21,597 nucleotides of DNA. It comes from Gemmatimonadota bacterium. GTDB taxonomy: Bacteria > Gemmatimonadota > Gemmatimonadetes > Gemmatimonadales > GWC2-71-9. Shown here piece by piece: positions 1 to 9,092 of the stretch. The DNA lies in contig JBDHAB010000044.1 of NCBI GenBank assembly GCA_039588295.1, positions 1 through 21,597 of the forward strand. The letters are read 5' to 3'. Position 1 is the stretch's first letter; the number at the start of each line of letters is the position of its first letter. The position numbers were made by a program, and so were the translations under genes. Under the pieces are notes generated by a model that was not told the DNA's origin, did not search any database, and was given only the letters and a program-made list of their open reading frames with translations.

Positions 1-168
1 GCCCACCGCGGCCGCCAACTCGGGGCGCAGCACCTTCACCGCCACCTTGCGCTTGTGCTTGAGATCCTCGGCGAGATAGACGGTGGCCATGCCACCGGCG
101 CCGAGTTCGCGCTCAATGGCGTAGCGGTCGGAAAGGGCGGTCTGGAGACGGTTGAACTGATCGGGCAT
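1..168 (-). CDS. Ser/Thr protein kinase, N-terminal 56 aa (runs off window edge)
   Basis: Manual translation [56 protein letters not shown] has the Gly-rich loop and VAVK lysine; paralogous to 14954..17590. Confidence 0.92.
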   Translation of the reverse strand, partial: MPDQFNRLQTALSDRYAIERELGAGGMATVYLAEDLKHKRKVAVKVLRPELAAAVG

Positions 169-242
169 GCGGGAGGATCCCGAAGTTGACGGACTAAAAG
201 GATAGAGGCTTTCTCAGGATTGGGCCAGGCTGATAGCTACAA

Positions 243-347
243 CGGAGGGCGGGGGACTCGACGCGAAGCGTATGCGAGCGGACCGAGCATCGGCCGCCGC
301 CGATGCGGAGGTCAACCCCCAAGGGCTTGCGCCCGGCGGTTTTCAAG
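243..347 (-). pseudogene. tRNA-Ser(UGA) 3' half (att-site fragment) with 53-bp T-loop insertion
   Basis: Minus strand CTTGAAA-ACCGC-C GGGC GCAA GCCC TT-GGGGG T[insert 262-314]TCGAGT CCCCC-GCCCTCC-G gives anticodon TGA, long variable arm, T-arm, acceptor strand and G discriminator; no 5' half and no CCA. Confidence 0.85.
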
Positions 348-485
348 TTCTTGGCGAGTTTTCGCTTTTCGTTGCTTTCCTTTGCAAATCGTTGCAGTAG
401 CGGGCGGTTAGACGCCGTCCCATTTTCATTCTTTAGCATCTCTTTGCATCTATTTGCAGCGAAACCTTCCCAAAAACCTTCCCAA
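348..485 (+). repeat. Arm type A copy 1 (putative integrase att arm) ending in (AAACCTTCCCAA)x2
   Basis: Near-identical to 3948-4085 and 14802-14938; perfect 12-bp tandem repeat at 462-485. Confidence 0.85.
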
Positions 486-506
486 CGGATCGCCCGTTAT
501 CGCAAC

Positions 507-3500
507 TCAATTCTGATCCGGTCGCAGCTCCTCGGGATCGAACACCAATCCACCCTTGATGACGCGCCAGATCGACTGGGTGTTCTTGATGTCCTCCAAC
601 GGATTCGCGTCGAGCAGAACGATGTCGGCAAGCTTGCCCCCCTCGAGCGTGCCGAGGTCGTTCCCGGCGCCAACGGCTTCTGCTGCGTCGCGGGTGGCGA
701 TGCGAAGCACCTCGAGCGGCGGAATCCCCGCCTCAACGAAATGCTCCATCTCCCAGTGGAGTGCCGAACCAACGAACGCCTGATCGCCGTCACCGGCCAC
801 ATAGACATCCGTGCCGATCAGCAGCTGAATCCCTCGTCGATGCGCCTCGCGGACGTTGGGCAGCTTTACCATCCATAGGCGCTCCAGCCAGGACGTCGCT
901 GCCCACGGATGTAAGCGTGGTGCCATCGCGATTGCCTCTGGAGCCGTGAAGGCAATCAGCTTCGGATCCGACAGTCGCTCTGGTTGGAGACGGAGCATCA
1001 GAGTTGTGCCCACCGGCAGTCCGAGTGTGGGATCCCAGCGCGTTCCTGCGGCGGCTATGAACTGAAGCACGTCATCGTGGACCGGGATCGGGGTAGTCGT
1101 ATGCTCGATCACCGCAAACCCGAGCGTGACCGCATTGACCACTTCCTCTAGGGTCACGCCGTGACCTGTCACCGGTATTCCCACGCGATGCGCCTCATCC
1201 GTCACAGCCCGGTGGAGCCATCGCGGCCTGCCACCGTCAAGACTGTACGATAGGCCGTAGAGCTTGAGGAAGTGAGCGCCCCGCTGCTGCCAGCGTCGGA
1301 CGTAGACTCGCGCCTCCTCGTCGTCATGTAGCAGCGGATCAACGTCTGTGCTGGCGGGTCGCGCCCCAAGAAACTGGCCACCTGCGTAGAAGTGGCGAGG
1401 CACGGGCTCACCTGTGGCAAAGCCTCTGTCTGACATGGCCTCTTGCCAGCTGATCCACCACCCGCAGTCCCGCACAGATGTGATGCCATAGGCCAGGAAC
1501 CCCTCTTCCGTGGTTTGCCGACTCACGTGGACATGCATGTCAAACAATCCCGGGATGGCGTATCGACCGGCCGCGTCGAGGATCTCGGTACCCGCAGGCA
1601 GATCACGCTCGGCTTCTGGTCCGATCGCGCGGATCCGGCCCGATTCGATGAGCAGCGACGTCGCTCCACCGAAGATCCCGGTCTCGAAGTCCAGGAGCCG
1701 TACGCCACGGAGTAAGCGGGGTCGGGGTACTGCCCGCGGGAGCTCCAACTGAAGGGGGATTTCGTCTGGCTGCTGCGCGATAGCTGCGTCCACGGTAGCG
1801 CCACCGACGGGATGGACGAGAACGCGGCTGCTGGACGAGTAGACAAGCGCTGAGCCATCAGCCGTGAATGCGAAGCCGTCACCGCCTTCCGCGCTTAATC
1901 GCCGGACGTCCGTTTCTCGCACGGGCCCCGACGCGCGGAGGGCAAGCCAGATCTCCGTGTTACGGCGAAACGCGAGCCAACGGCCGTCCGGTGAGATGAG
2001 GCCGGTACTGAGATGACGATTCAGCTCGGTGATCGGTCTGGGTCGCGCCCCTGGCAAACGCTCGCGGTTCGGAGTGAGCGCCAGTTCGTACAGCGCTCCC
2101 GCTCCACGTCGGTTTGCGGAAAAGAACAGCGATTGTCCGTCTCTCGAGAAGTGCGGCCGTGGAAGCCAGCTTGAGGCTGACGTCAGAGTCTTCTTCGCGC
2201 CGCTTTCGAGGTGCAGCGCAACGATTCGCTGTCCCTCCGAGAGAACGACGTGACGGCCGTCAGGGCTCCACTCAGGCGGACCGTAGCGAACTCCGGAGTC
2301 GATCACTCGTGTGTCGTTCGACCTAAAGTCGTGTACAGCCAAATCGTCACGACCGAACGCGCTTCCAACGAAGGCGAGGAGCTGCCCATCCGGAGAGAAA
2401 GCGGGATCACGCTCCACCCAGCTGCCGTCCGTTACACGGCTGGCTGGCCCGCCTGAAAGCGGCTGTTCCCACAGGTACCCGGCCGCGCCAAATACCAGAC
2501 GCTGACCGTCCGGTGACAATCTTGGAGTCGCGATTGAGGCCCGTCGCTGCGCCGCTCCACCGAGCGCACGAAGCGGCGGGCGGGTCGGCTCGCGCACCTG
2601 CGCCTTGACCGTGGTGTGAAAGGGAATCGTGTCGCGAACTCCGCTGCTTGCATCGACGCGCCACAGCCTGCCCTGGTCTCCCAAGTACAGCGCGCTTCCA
2701 TCCGTAGCGACACCGGCGCGAGGATGCCGGACCGTATGTTCCATCGTGGTGAAGGGCCGGTCTTCGCGTCCCCGCATCGAATGGTAGACCCACTCCTCGG
2801 ACCTCGCTTCATTAGGCCTCGGCGGGTCGCGATGGTAGAAGAAGCCTTGACCGAGGAAATCGGGAATGACCTCCCACACGAGGCCTGGGAGTACGGTCAC
2901 GCTGTCGATGGCGGTGTAGCCTCTGTCCAGTGAAAGCGCCTCGATCCCTGCCCTCGTCGCCCCCAGTTGGCGGACATACCCCACGCGGCCGTCTGGTAGG
3001 AAGAAGACGGTCTGTAGGACGGCGGCGTCTTGCGTGAGGGAGCTCGGTTCTCCACCGCTCGCTGCAATTACGCGAATGACGCTCACCGGAGTGGAGGCCG
3101 GGAATTGTTGCTCGGCCTCCATGTCGTAGGAAAGGTAGACCAGTTGTTGTCCATCAGGGCTCCACCGCGGCTTCGCGGCCCATGCCTCGTGAGTCACCTG
3201 CCTGATTTGCTGGCTAGGCAGGTCCAGCACGAAGATGTTCCCCTCACTTCCGCCGCGATCGGACACGAACGCCACGTGCTCGCCGTCGGGTGAGACCGCC
3301 GGTTCCGAATCGTAGCACGGGCCGAAGGTCAGCTGCTGAGCCTCACCACCCTCGACGGGGACTCGGTAGAGGTGGCCAAGCATTGTGAAAACCAGCCAAT
3401 GGCCGTCGGGCGTCACCGCGACGTCTGGGGCAGTGACCTCGGTCGTCTCGAATTCGATCGTCCGCCAGCCGGCGTCTGTTCCCGTTGCCTCCTGGGCAGA

Positions 3501-3560
3501 GCTCGGTGCGGAGGCTAGGCTGAGGCTGACGAGCAGGAACGGCACTATGCGCTGCGACAT
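507..3560 (-). CDS. Exported amidohydrolase with N-terminal TolB/PD40 beta-propeller repeats
   Basis: Signal peptide MSQRIVPFLLVSLSLASAPSSA; many (W/F)SPDG repeats; C-terminal PGLFDMHVH, GTD and GKLADIVLLDANPL amidohydrolase motifs. Confidence 0.9.
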   Translation of the reverse strand: MSQRIVPFLLVSLSLASAPSSAQEATGTDAGWRTIEFETTEVTAPDVAVTPDGHWLVFTMLGHLYRVPVEGGEAQQLTFGPCYDSEPAVSPDGEHVAFVSDRGGSEGNIFVLDLPSQQIRQVTHEAWAAKPRWSPDGQQLVYLSYDMEAEQQFPASTPVSVIRVIAASGGEPSSLTQDAAVLQTVFFLPDGRVGYVRQLGATRAGIEALSLDRGYTAIDSVTVLPGLVWEVIPDFLGQGFFYHRDPPRPNEARSEEWVYHSMRGREDRPFTTMEHTVRHPRAGVATDGSALYLGDQGRLWRVDASSGVRDTIPFHTTVKAQVREPTRPPLRALGGAAQRRASIATPRLSPDGQRLVFGAAGYLWEQPLSGGPASRVTDGSWVERDPAFSPDGQLLAFVGSAFGRDDLAVHDFRSNDTRVIDSGVRYGPPEWSPDGRHVVLSEGQRIVALHLESGAKKTLTSASSWLPRPHFSRDGQSLFFSANRRGAGALYELALTPNRERLPGARPRPITELNRHLSTGLISPDGRWLAFRRNTEIWLALRASGPVRETDVRRLSAEGGDGFAFTADGSALVYSSSSRVLVHPVGGATVDAAIAQQPDEIPLQLELPRAVPRPRLLRGVRLLDFETGIFGGATSLLIESGRIRAIGPEAERDLPAGTEILDAAGRYAIPGLFDMHVHVSRQTTEEGFLAYGITSVRDCGWWISWQEAMSDRGFATGEPVPRHFYAGGQFLGARPASTDVDPLLHDDEEARVYVRRWQQRGAHFLKLYGLSYSLDGGRPRWLHRAVTDEAHRVGIPVTGHGVTLEEVVNAVTLGFAVIEHTTTPIPVHDDVLQFIAAAGTRWDPTLGLPVGTTLMLRLQPERLSDPKLIAFTAPEAIAMAPRLHPWAATSWLERLWMVKLPNVREAHRRGIQLLIGTDVYVAGDGDQAFVGSALHWEMEHFVEAGIPPLEVLRIATRDAAEAVGAGNDLGTLEGGKLADIVLLDANPLEDIKNTQSIWRVIKGGLVFDPEELRPDQN

Positions 3561-3626
3561 GAAGCCACCCCCGGTGTGGACCGGACCTGACATGCACGAG
3601 CGAATTCGTCAGCGGTGTTCCGGTCT

Positions 3627-3772
3627 TCGTCGTCGGGCGGGCGTCGTACTGCGGCGTCTGTCGGGCGGCGGAGGCCGGGAGGCCACCGACGGAGAGACTC
3701 TTCTCGCCAATGTGTCACGTGAGCGTGAGCGTGCAACCTCTTAATGCGAGTGTCGCGCTTCGGATTTGGCGT
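3627..3772 (-). promoter_or_regulatory. Conserved 146-bp leader/promoter module, copy 1
   Basis: Ungapped match (11 mismatches by hand count) to 8598-8743; both copies lie upstream of beta-propeller genes. Confidence 0.7.
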
Positions 3773-3792
3773 CCTGCGCGATGGCCAAGGGG

Positions 3793-3840
3793 AGTTGTCG
3801 GTTGTCAGTTGTCAGTTGTTAGCTGACGGCTGATAGCTGC
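3793..3840. repeat. Heptamer tandem/inverted repeats (CAGTTGT / GCTGACG-like) flanking the tRNA fragment
   Basis: agttgtcggttgtcagttgtcagttgttagctgacggctgatagctg; related runs at 229-240 and 10790-10887. Confidence 0.7.
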
Positions 3841-3842
3841 CA

Positions 3843-3947
3843 CGGAGGGCGGGGGACTCGACGCGAAGCGCACGCGAGCGGACCGAGCATCGGCCGCCGC
3901 CGATGCGGAGGTCAACCCCCAAGGGATTGCTCCCGGCGGTTTTCAAG
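3843..3947 (-). pseudogene. tRNA-Ser(UGA) 3' half with 53-bp T-loop insertion, copy 2
   Basis: Same layout as 243-347 at an offset of exactly 3600 bp; variable arm GGGA-GCAA-TCCC; insert at 3862-3914. Confidence 0.85.
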
Positions 3948-4085
3948 TTCTTGGCGAGTTTCTGCTTTTTGTTGCTTTCTTTTGCAAATCGTTGCAGTAG
4001 CGGGCGGTTAGACGCCGTCCCATTTTCATTCTTTAGCATCTCTTTGCATCTATTTGCAGCGAAACCTTCCCAAAAACCTTCCCAA
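3948..4085 (+). repeat. Arm type A copy 2
   Basis: Near-identical to 348-485, including (AAACCTTCCCAA)x2. Confidence 0.85.
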
Positions 4086-4142
4086 GAAACCGTGACGTGC
4101 GCTAGCTTGCGCTCACTTCCACGCGCGGGAGAGGTTCGCAAA

Positions 4143-5432
4143 ATGACCGTCGTATGCCTGCCTAATTGCGCCTTCCTGTCAGAAACCTCTCGCATGATAG
4201 CCATCTACCGGAGCCTGGAGGAGACGGGTGTGCCGGTGCTGATGGCTACTCACGGCGGTACTTTTGAGTTCGTGCTCGAGCGGGAGGGCATACCTTACGA
4301 AACACTCGAGCCGCGGATGAGCAAAGAAGAATGCCATCACTTCGTCGAGCGAGTCATAGACCCTCGTATTCCGGCTTACAACAGAGATACGCTCGAGGCG
4401 CTTGTCCAGTCGGAGATGCAGTTCTTCAAGCAGCGTGACGCGAGCGCTGTTCTCATCGGCTTCACCCTGTCCGCCGTGCTGTCGGCACGGGGCGCCGGCC
4501 TTCCGCTCGTGGTCACCCACCTGGGTTCTTTCGTGCCGCCCGTACTAGAACGAGGAATGTTCGCTTTCGCCGAGTTCTTCGACGGTCCTATCAGCGGCCT
4601 GCTGCCGCGCGCCTGGGTGGACGGGGCTGCCGGCTGGGTGTTTCAGAGAGTCCGGTGGCAGACGCCGCTTTTCAATGCGGTGGCGGACAAACTGCGGATC
4701 GAGCGTGTGCGAAGCACCCTTGACGTCCTCATGGGTGACCTCACGCTGGTGACAGATGTGCCGGAGATCCTGGGGATTCCCGAGGACGAATTGGAAGACT
4801 GGCGGCCGAGCGACACTCGCTTCCTGCGGCCCACCGCGAGATTGAAATATGCCGGCGCGATCTTCGCCCGACTGTTTGGCGATGTGCCCGAGGACGTGTC
4901 GGACTTCTTGCAGACTGAGAAACCGAAGGTGTTCGTCACGCTCTCATCGAGTCGCCGGGAATACGTGGAACGGGTCGTGGCTACCCTGGCGCGGCTTGAC
5001 GTGCGTGCCGTTGTGACGGCCACTGTGCACCAAGGAAGCCTGGGCAAGTCTGATAACATTCTGATCAAGGACTTTCTGCCATCCCATCGAGTCATGCCGA
5101 TGTGCGATCTGGCCATCATCCACGGTGGGCAGGGCAGTGTGCAGACCGCGATCTCCGCTGGTGTTCCGTTAATCGGCTTTCCTTTGCAGCCGGAACAGAA
5201 CTTCAACCTCAGACAAGTCGAGCGGCACGGCGGGGGCTACTGCCTATCGCTGAGGAGCCTGAAACGAGGAAAGCTCCGAGGCGCCGTTGACTGCGTCGCG
5301 CGCGACGCGAGCTACCGCACCGCGATGGCACGGCTGCAAGCTTGGCAGGCGGCGCGTGACGGACCGCTCGAGGTTGCGTGCGCCATCCGATCCTTGTTGC
5401 AGAACGGAGTCCACCTGACATCCACAAGCTGA
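4143..5432 (+). CDS. Glycosyltransferase, GT-B fold (GT1/MGT-like)
   Basis: RBS GGAGAGG before ATG 4143; C-terminal DFLPSHRVMPMCDLAIIHGGQGSVQTAISAGVPLIGFPLQPEQ nucleotide-sugar binding signature; the ORF-track 5' extension is repeat DNA. Confidence 0.88.
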   Translation: MTVVCLPNCAFLSETSRMIAIYRSLEETGVPVLMATHGGTFEFVLEREGIPYETLEPRMSKEECHHFVERVIDPRIPAYNRDTLEALVQSEMQFFKQRDASAVLIGFTLSAVLSARGAGLPLVVTHLGSFVPPVLERGMFAFAEFFDGPISGLLPRAWVDGAAGWVFQRVRWQTPLFNAVADKLRIERVRSTLDVLMGDLTLVTDVPEILGIPEDELEDWRPSDTRFLRPTARLKYAGAIFARLFGDVPEDVSDFLQTEKPKVFVTLSSSRREYVERVVATLARLDVRAVVTATVHQGSLGKSDNILIKDFLPSHRVMPMCDLAIIHGGQGSVQTAISAGVPLIGFPLQPEQNFNLRQVERHGGGYCLSLRSLKRGKLRGAVDCVARDASYRTAMARLQAWQAARDGPLEVACAIRSLLQNGVHLTSTS

Positions 5433-5529
5433 AGACGCGGAGATTCCCTGTTGAAGCGACCCTCATGACGGCTCCCCTGCGGAGGCCGGCGACGAGCTAG
5501 TTGTGGCCTCCCGAGTAGCACCAGCGTCG

Positions 5530-5624
5530 CGTTGCCGTAGCGGGCAGTTCAACGCCCTCCCTTTTGCTCTTCTTGCATCCGTTTGCATCTGTTGGCAGTG
5601 AAACCTTACCAAAAACCTTCCCAA
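5530..5624 (+). repeat. Arm type A copy 3 (partial, diverged, no tRNA fragment)
   Basis: cgttgccgtagcgggcagtt...tttgcatctgttggcagtgaaaccttaccaaaaaccttcccaa aligns with the distal part of arm A. Confidence 0.75.
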
Positions 5625-5631
5625 AAAACCG

Positions 5632-5694
5632 AAAGCCCCGAACGCCGCGTGACGCTCGGGGCTGGGACGACACCGCCTGACGCTAGGCCGGGCG
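5632..5694 (-). terminator. Double-hairpin terminator-like repeat (family C)
   Basis: Minus strand cgcccggcctagcgtcaggcggt...cagccccgagcgtcacgcggcgttcggggcttt, directly after the stop at 5700. Confidence 0.75.
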
Positions 5695-5699
5695 ATACG

Positions 5700-6380
5700 C
5701 TAAAACGCTACGCTCACGTTGAGTGCACCGACGACGAACTCGTCGAAGTCATCAGCGATACCCAATTGGAACACGCCCTTGGGAGTGAACGTAAAGCGCC
5801 CCACCGGTAGCGCGGCTGTGAGCTGCAGATCCGCGTGGCTGAAGTTTGAGCCTACACGATAGTAGTCCACGTTGTAATTGACCCCGCCGGTCGCGGATAC
5901 CGTAGTTGTACCTATCGAACGGCTGTCTGACAGCGTGAAGCGGAAATAGTGTCCTTCCGTGAGCTTGAAGTCCCGAGCGAAGTGCAGCGACGGATTCAGC
6001 GGAAACGCCGTGACGATCCCCACGTAGATCTCTTGCGTCGGTTCCCAGTCACCCACGATCTTGAAGTTGTACAATGCGCCTCCGACATAGCCGCCAATCA
6101 TGTCGGTGAACTGGAGATAGTAGTCCGCCCAGACGTCGCCCTCGTTGATCTCTGCGATATCGAAGTCGTAGCTGGTGAAGCCGTTCAGCGTGAAGCCGGA
6201 GTAGCTGACCGTAACCTTGGCCTGCCCTACCGGGCCGGTTGAAAAAGGAACGCCGGCAAAGAGATAGCGTGTTCTGAACTCCGCATCTGCACTCACCGCG
6301 ACTTGTGCTCGTACGGGTCGCAAACCGACTAGACCCGTGAGAACCAGCACGAATCCCGTGACGGCAAGCAGGTTTTTCAT
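5700..6380 (-). CDS. Putative outer-membrane beta-barrel protein (TorF/Gcw_chp-like)
   Basis: Signal peptide MKNLLAVTGFVLVLTGLVGLRPVRA; RTRYLFAG near the N-terminus; aromatic alternating strands; C-terminal Phe beta-signal. Confidence 0.72.
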   Translation of the reverse strand: MKNLLAVTGFVLVLTGLVGLRPVRAQVAVSADAEFRTRYLFAGVPFSTGPVGQAKVTVSYSGFTLNGFTSYDFDIAEINEGDVWADYYLQFTDMIGGYVGGALYNFKIVGDWEPTQEIYVGIVTAFPLNPSLHFARDFKLTEGHYFRFTLSDSRSIGTTTVSATGGVNYNVDYYRVGSNFSHADLQLTAALPVGRFTFTPKGVFQLGIADDFDEFVVGALNVSVAF

Positions 6381-6411
6381 GTGCACGCTCATGGCTTCTT
6401 GCGCTGTTGCA

Positions 6412-6543
6412 TCAGTGTCGCTGCGCACTCACAATCTTACGCTTTCCGACTGTACCATCGTGCCGCACGAGCACATCGTGCTCGTAGCGCTGGCCGTCGA
6501 TCTCGATCCAGCCGAATTCGGTGCCATCCAAATGCGGGCGCAC
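6412..6543 (-). pseudogene. Truncated Mth938-like (DUF498/598) protein N-terminus, copy 1
   Basis: Manual translation VRPHLDGTEFGWIEIDGQRYEHDVLVRHDGTVGKRK then IVSAQRH*; the FG.I.IDG..YEHDV motif is recognised from memory of the family. Confidence 0.6.
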
Positions 6544-6667
6544 GGCTGGCAGCCTTAGTGAGGGCTGTCTACGAAGCTACGGCGACGCGCTTACAGCGGC
6601 AGCAAGAATGCTGAGCGATTGTGTCGGTGTTCGAGAAGAGCGGGAGAGCAACGCGAGCGACAAAGAA

Positions 6668-6716
6668 GAAGCCCGGAACCCCGCGTGGCGCTCGGGGCTG
6701 GGAGAGCAACCGCCCG
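6668..6716 (-). terminator. Family C terminator-like repeat (degenerate)
   Basis: Minus strand cgggcggttgctctcccagccccgagcgccacgcggggttccgggcttc, downstream of the stop at 6756. Confidence 0.65.
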
Positions 6717-6755
6717 ACTCATGCTGGTTCCCCGGGGCTTGCCCCTGCAAGCAGA

Positions 6756-8546
6756 TCAACGACCTAAATCCTCAATCACCCACAGTTCTAAACGGACCGG
6801 CTCCTCAGCGATGAGAGCGAGTCGTGTTCCCATTGGATTGAGAGCTGCGGCCATGACTTCCATTCCGGTTGGCACATTGATTGTTCCCAGACGGCGTGAC
6901 TGTTCCCCGTTCACCGACGCCCACCAAAGCTCATTTGTTGCGAGGTACAAGAACTGGCGTGAGTCGGGAAACCACAGCGGCGGAGCCGAGGCACCGGGCA
7001 GCTTGTATGACTCGCCCGATACTGAGACGAGTTCCAGAGTCGAGTGCGGTTCCTGTTGGCTCCAGAGTCCGAGCGCTATTCGGCGCCCGTCCGGTGACAT
7101 CTTGTATCCGTACACGTACGGCGGCACAGTGCGAGTGAGCAGTTCTGACTCCTCTCCGGACTCCGGATCGAACCGCAACACTCGCGCAGTGCCGGAGAAT
7201 CCCAGCTGCGGAACGACATAGGTGATTGCCTCACCGTCTCCTGCCCACCCAATCCAATCGATCTGGCGTTCCAAGAACGATGGGGTGCTCGTGATGGTCG
7301 TCCGCGCTCCCGTCTCGACATCGATGCGGTACACGAGCCCAGCGGGCGGTGCCATCGGATCCCAGCCGTTCGCCAGAAGGGAGCGGCCATCGGACGACCA
7401 CTGCGGGTACAATCGATGCAGAATGTCGACATCTTGCGGCAGGTTGCGCACCTCACCGCTCTCAAGAGCCCGGATAGCTATCGTCCACGCTCTCGGTGAT
7501 ACGCCGCCAGCCGGAGCGACATACGCGAGACGGTCGCCGTCTGGTGACCAGTCCACTCCCCCCGTGTGGAAGGCCGGACCTATGAGCTGAGGGGCGTACT
7601 GAAGGTCCGTGGAATCTGTGTCCAGCTCGATCAGGTAGAGAGCACACCGCCCACGGCGGACATGAAAGTAGTACGAGCCATCTGGCGTGGAGGTCGATGG
7701 ATCGAGTGGGCCCACATCAGTGATGAGCACCTCGGGTTCACTCTGACTACCACCATCTGCTACGGGGAGCTCCCAAAGGTCAACCGAGCCAGTGCGGTCG
7801 CTTGCGAATACGATGCCGTGGCCATCGGGAGTCCAGCCGAGTAGCCGGTCATCTGCGGCGTGCTGCACCAGGATACTCTGGTGGTTCCCATCGGCGGTGA
7901 GGAGGTGGATGTCATGATTCGGAGCGTTGCCCCGGATGGACACGTCATAGGCAATGAATCGGCCGTCGGGAGAGAACGCCATCGTCCTGGGAGACTCACC
8001 CCAGACTGGGCTCGTTATGCTCTGCAGCCGGGGCAGTACCGCCATGGAGATCAGCTCTCTGTATGAGCCGTCCGACGCTGAGACCAATCCGACGTGGCCA
8101 GTCGAGTCCGTCCGGAGCGCAACAACCAGAAGGTGCTCTCCATCTGGGGACCAGGCCTTGGGTACCACGTACCGCAGTTCAGGATCTCTGTGCAGAATAC
8201 GAGGCTCGGATCCGCTGACTTCGACCGTGCGAATGTCGAAATAGCCCTCTTCATTCTGCCATGCGTAGCCGATCTGTTGGCCGTCTGGAGAGAACACGGC
8301 CGCAACTACTACCTGGGGCCACTGAGCCCTGGTCAGATTTCGGACCTCCTCAGTCGCCAGATCCCTGATCGCGAGGTTCCCGTACGCCATCCCCGTGGCC
8401 ATCTCGGCGAAAAACTTGCCGTCTGGAGACACCGATAACGGCATCGCACGGTCAGCCACCTTGGATGCCTGTGCGGGTAGATTGGGACTCACGAGCGCCA
8501 GCAGTGGAAGCCACACCAAGAAGCATAGCCTGCGTGTGTAAGACAT
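6756..8546 (-). CDS. Exported TolB-like beta-propeller (PD40 repeat) protein
   Basis: RBS GGGAG; signal peptide MSYTRRLCFLVWLPLLALVSPNLPA; repeated SPDG/WSPDG/WTPDG motifs. Confidence 0.85.
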   Translation of the reverse strand: MSYTRRLCFLVWLPLLALVSPNLPAQASKVADRAMPLSVSPDGKFFAEMATGMAYGNLAIRDLATEEVRNLTRAQWPQVVVAAVFSPDGQQIGYAWQNEEGYFDIRTVEVSGSEPRILHRDPELRYVVPKAWSPDGEHLLVVALRTDSTGHVGLVSASDGSYRELISMAVLPRLQSITSPVWGESPRTMAFSPDGRFIAYDVSIRGNAPNHDIHLLTADGNHQSILVQHAADDRLLGWTPDGHGIVFASDRTGSVDLWELPVADGGSQSEPEVLITDVGPLDPSTSTPDGSYYFHVRRGRCALYLIELDTDSTDLQYAPQLIGPAFHTGGVDWSPDGDRLAYVAPAGGVSPRAWTIAIRALESGEVRNLPQDVDILHRLYPQWSSDGRSLLANGWDPMAPPAGLVYRIDVETGARTTITSTPSFLERQIDWIGWAGDGEAITYVVPQLGFSGTARVLRFDPESGEESELLTRTVPPYVYGYKMSPDGRRIALGLWSQQEPHSTLELVSVSGESYKLPGASAPPLWFPDSRQFLYLATNELWWASVNGEQSRRLGTINVPTGMEVMAAALNPMGTRLALIAEEPVRLELWVIEDLGR

Positions 8547-8597
8547 CGTACGCTCCCGGACTGTGCAGTGCAGTTCGCGTGGGCTGACCCAGTGGCC

Positions 8598-8743
8598 TCG
8601 TCGTCGGGCGGGCGTCACACTGCGGCGTCTGTCGGGCGGCGGAGGCCGGGAGGCCACCGACGGAGAGACTCTTCTCGCCAATGTGTCACGGCAGCGTGAG
8701 CGTGCAAGCCGGTAATGCGAGTGTCGCGCTTCAGATTCAGCGT
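8598..8743 (-). promoter_or_regulatory. Conserved 146-bp leader/promoter module, copy 2
   Basis: Matches 3627-3772; candidate TTGCAC...CACATT promoter followed by a GC-rich leader. Confidence 0.7.
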
Positions 8744-8924
8744 GTTCGGGTGGTGGTCACCGTCGTCGTCACGCTGAAGTGCATCATCAGTGTCACAGTG
8801 CTGCGGATACGCGATGGCCAGCGCACGCCGCGGCATAGATGCGTGGTGGAACTCCTCTCGCCCTCAATCCAGAGCACCGGTTTCGCCTTGCGGAGTCCGG
8901 GAACGGCGTACCATAGTCCGCGTT

Positions 8925-9092
8925 ATGGAGTTCCTCAACTTCCTCATCATTCTCTGGATCGCCTGGCTGCTGTGGCGGCGGCCCGAGCTGGAGCGGCTTG
9001 CCTTCGCCCTCCTCGTGGTCAGCTGCCTCCTCATGGCGCTCTTGTTTTTCGTCGGGACCCACACGTCCCTCGTGCCGGGAGTGAATCTGTGA
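8925..9092 (+). CDS. dba: Small membrane protein, DsbI accessory protein (Dba-like), 55 aa
   Basis: MEFLNFLIILWIAWLLWRRPELERLAFALLVVSCLLMALLFFVGTHTSLVPGVNL; two TM segments; stop overlaps the GTG start of the next gene (GTGA), the gene order of the Campylobacter dba-dsbI operon. Confidence 0.75.
   Translation: MEFLNFLIILWIAWLLWRRPELERLAFALLVVSCLLMALLFFVGTHTSLVPGVNL

Noticed and set aside
243..347. Intact tRNA gene or tRNA-Sec (TTCAA on the plus strand)
   Set aside because: T-arm orientation places the tRNA on the minus strand with anticodon TGA (Ser); the 5' acceptor strand, D-arm and 5' anticodon stem are absent in all copies
194..878. ORFs 194..439, 220..411 and 303..878, and similar ORFs at 3812..4204, 10425..10873 and 14525..15144
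   Set aside because: They are translations of the repeated att unit or antisense to real genes; starts and stops differ between copies
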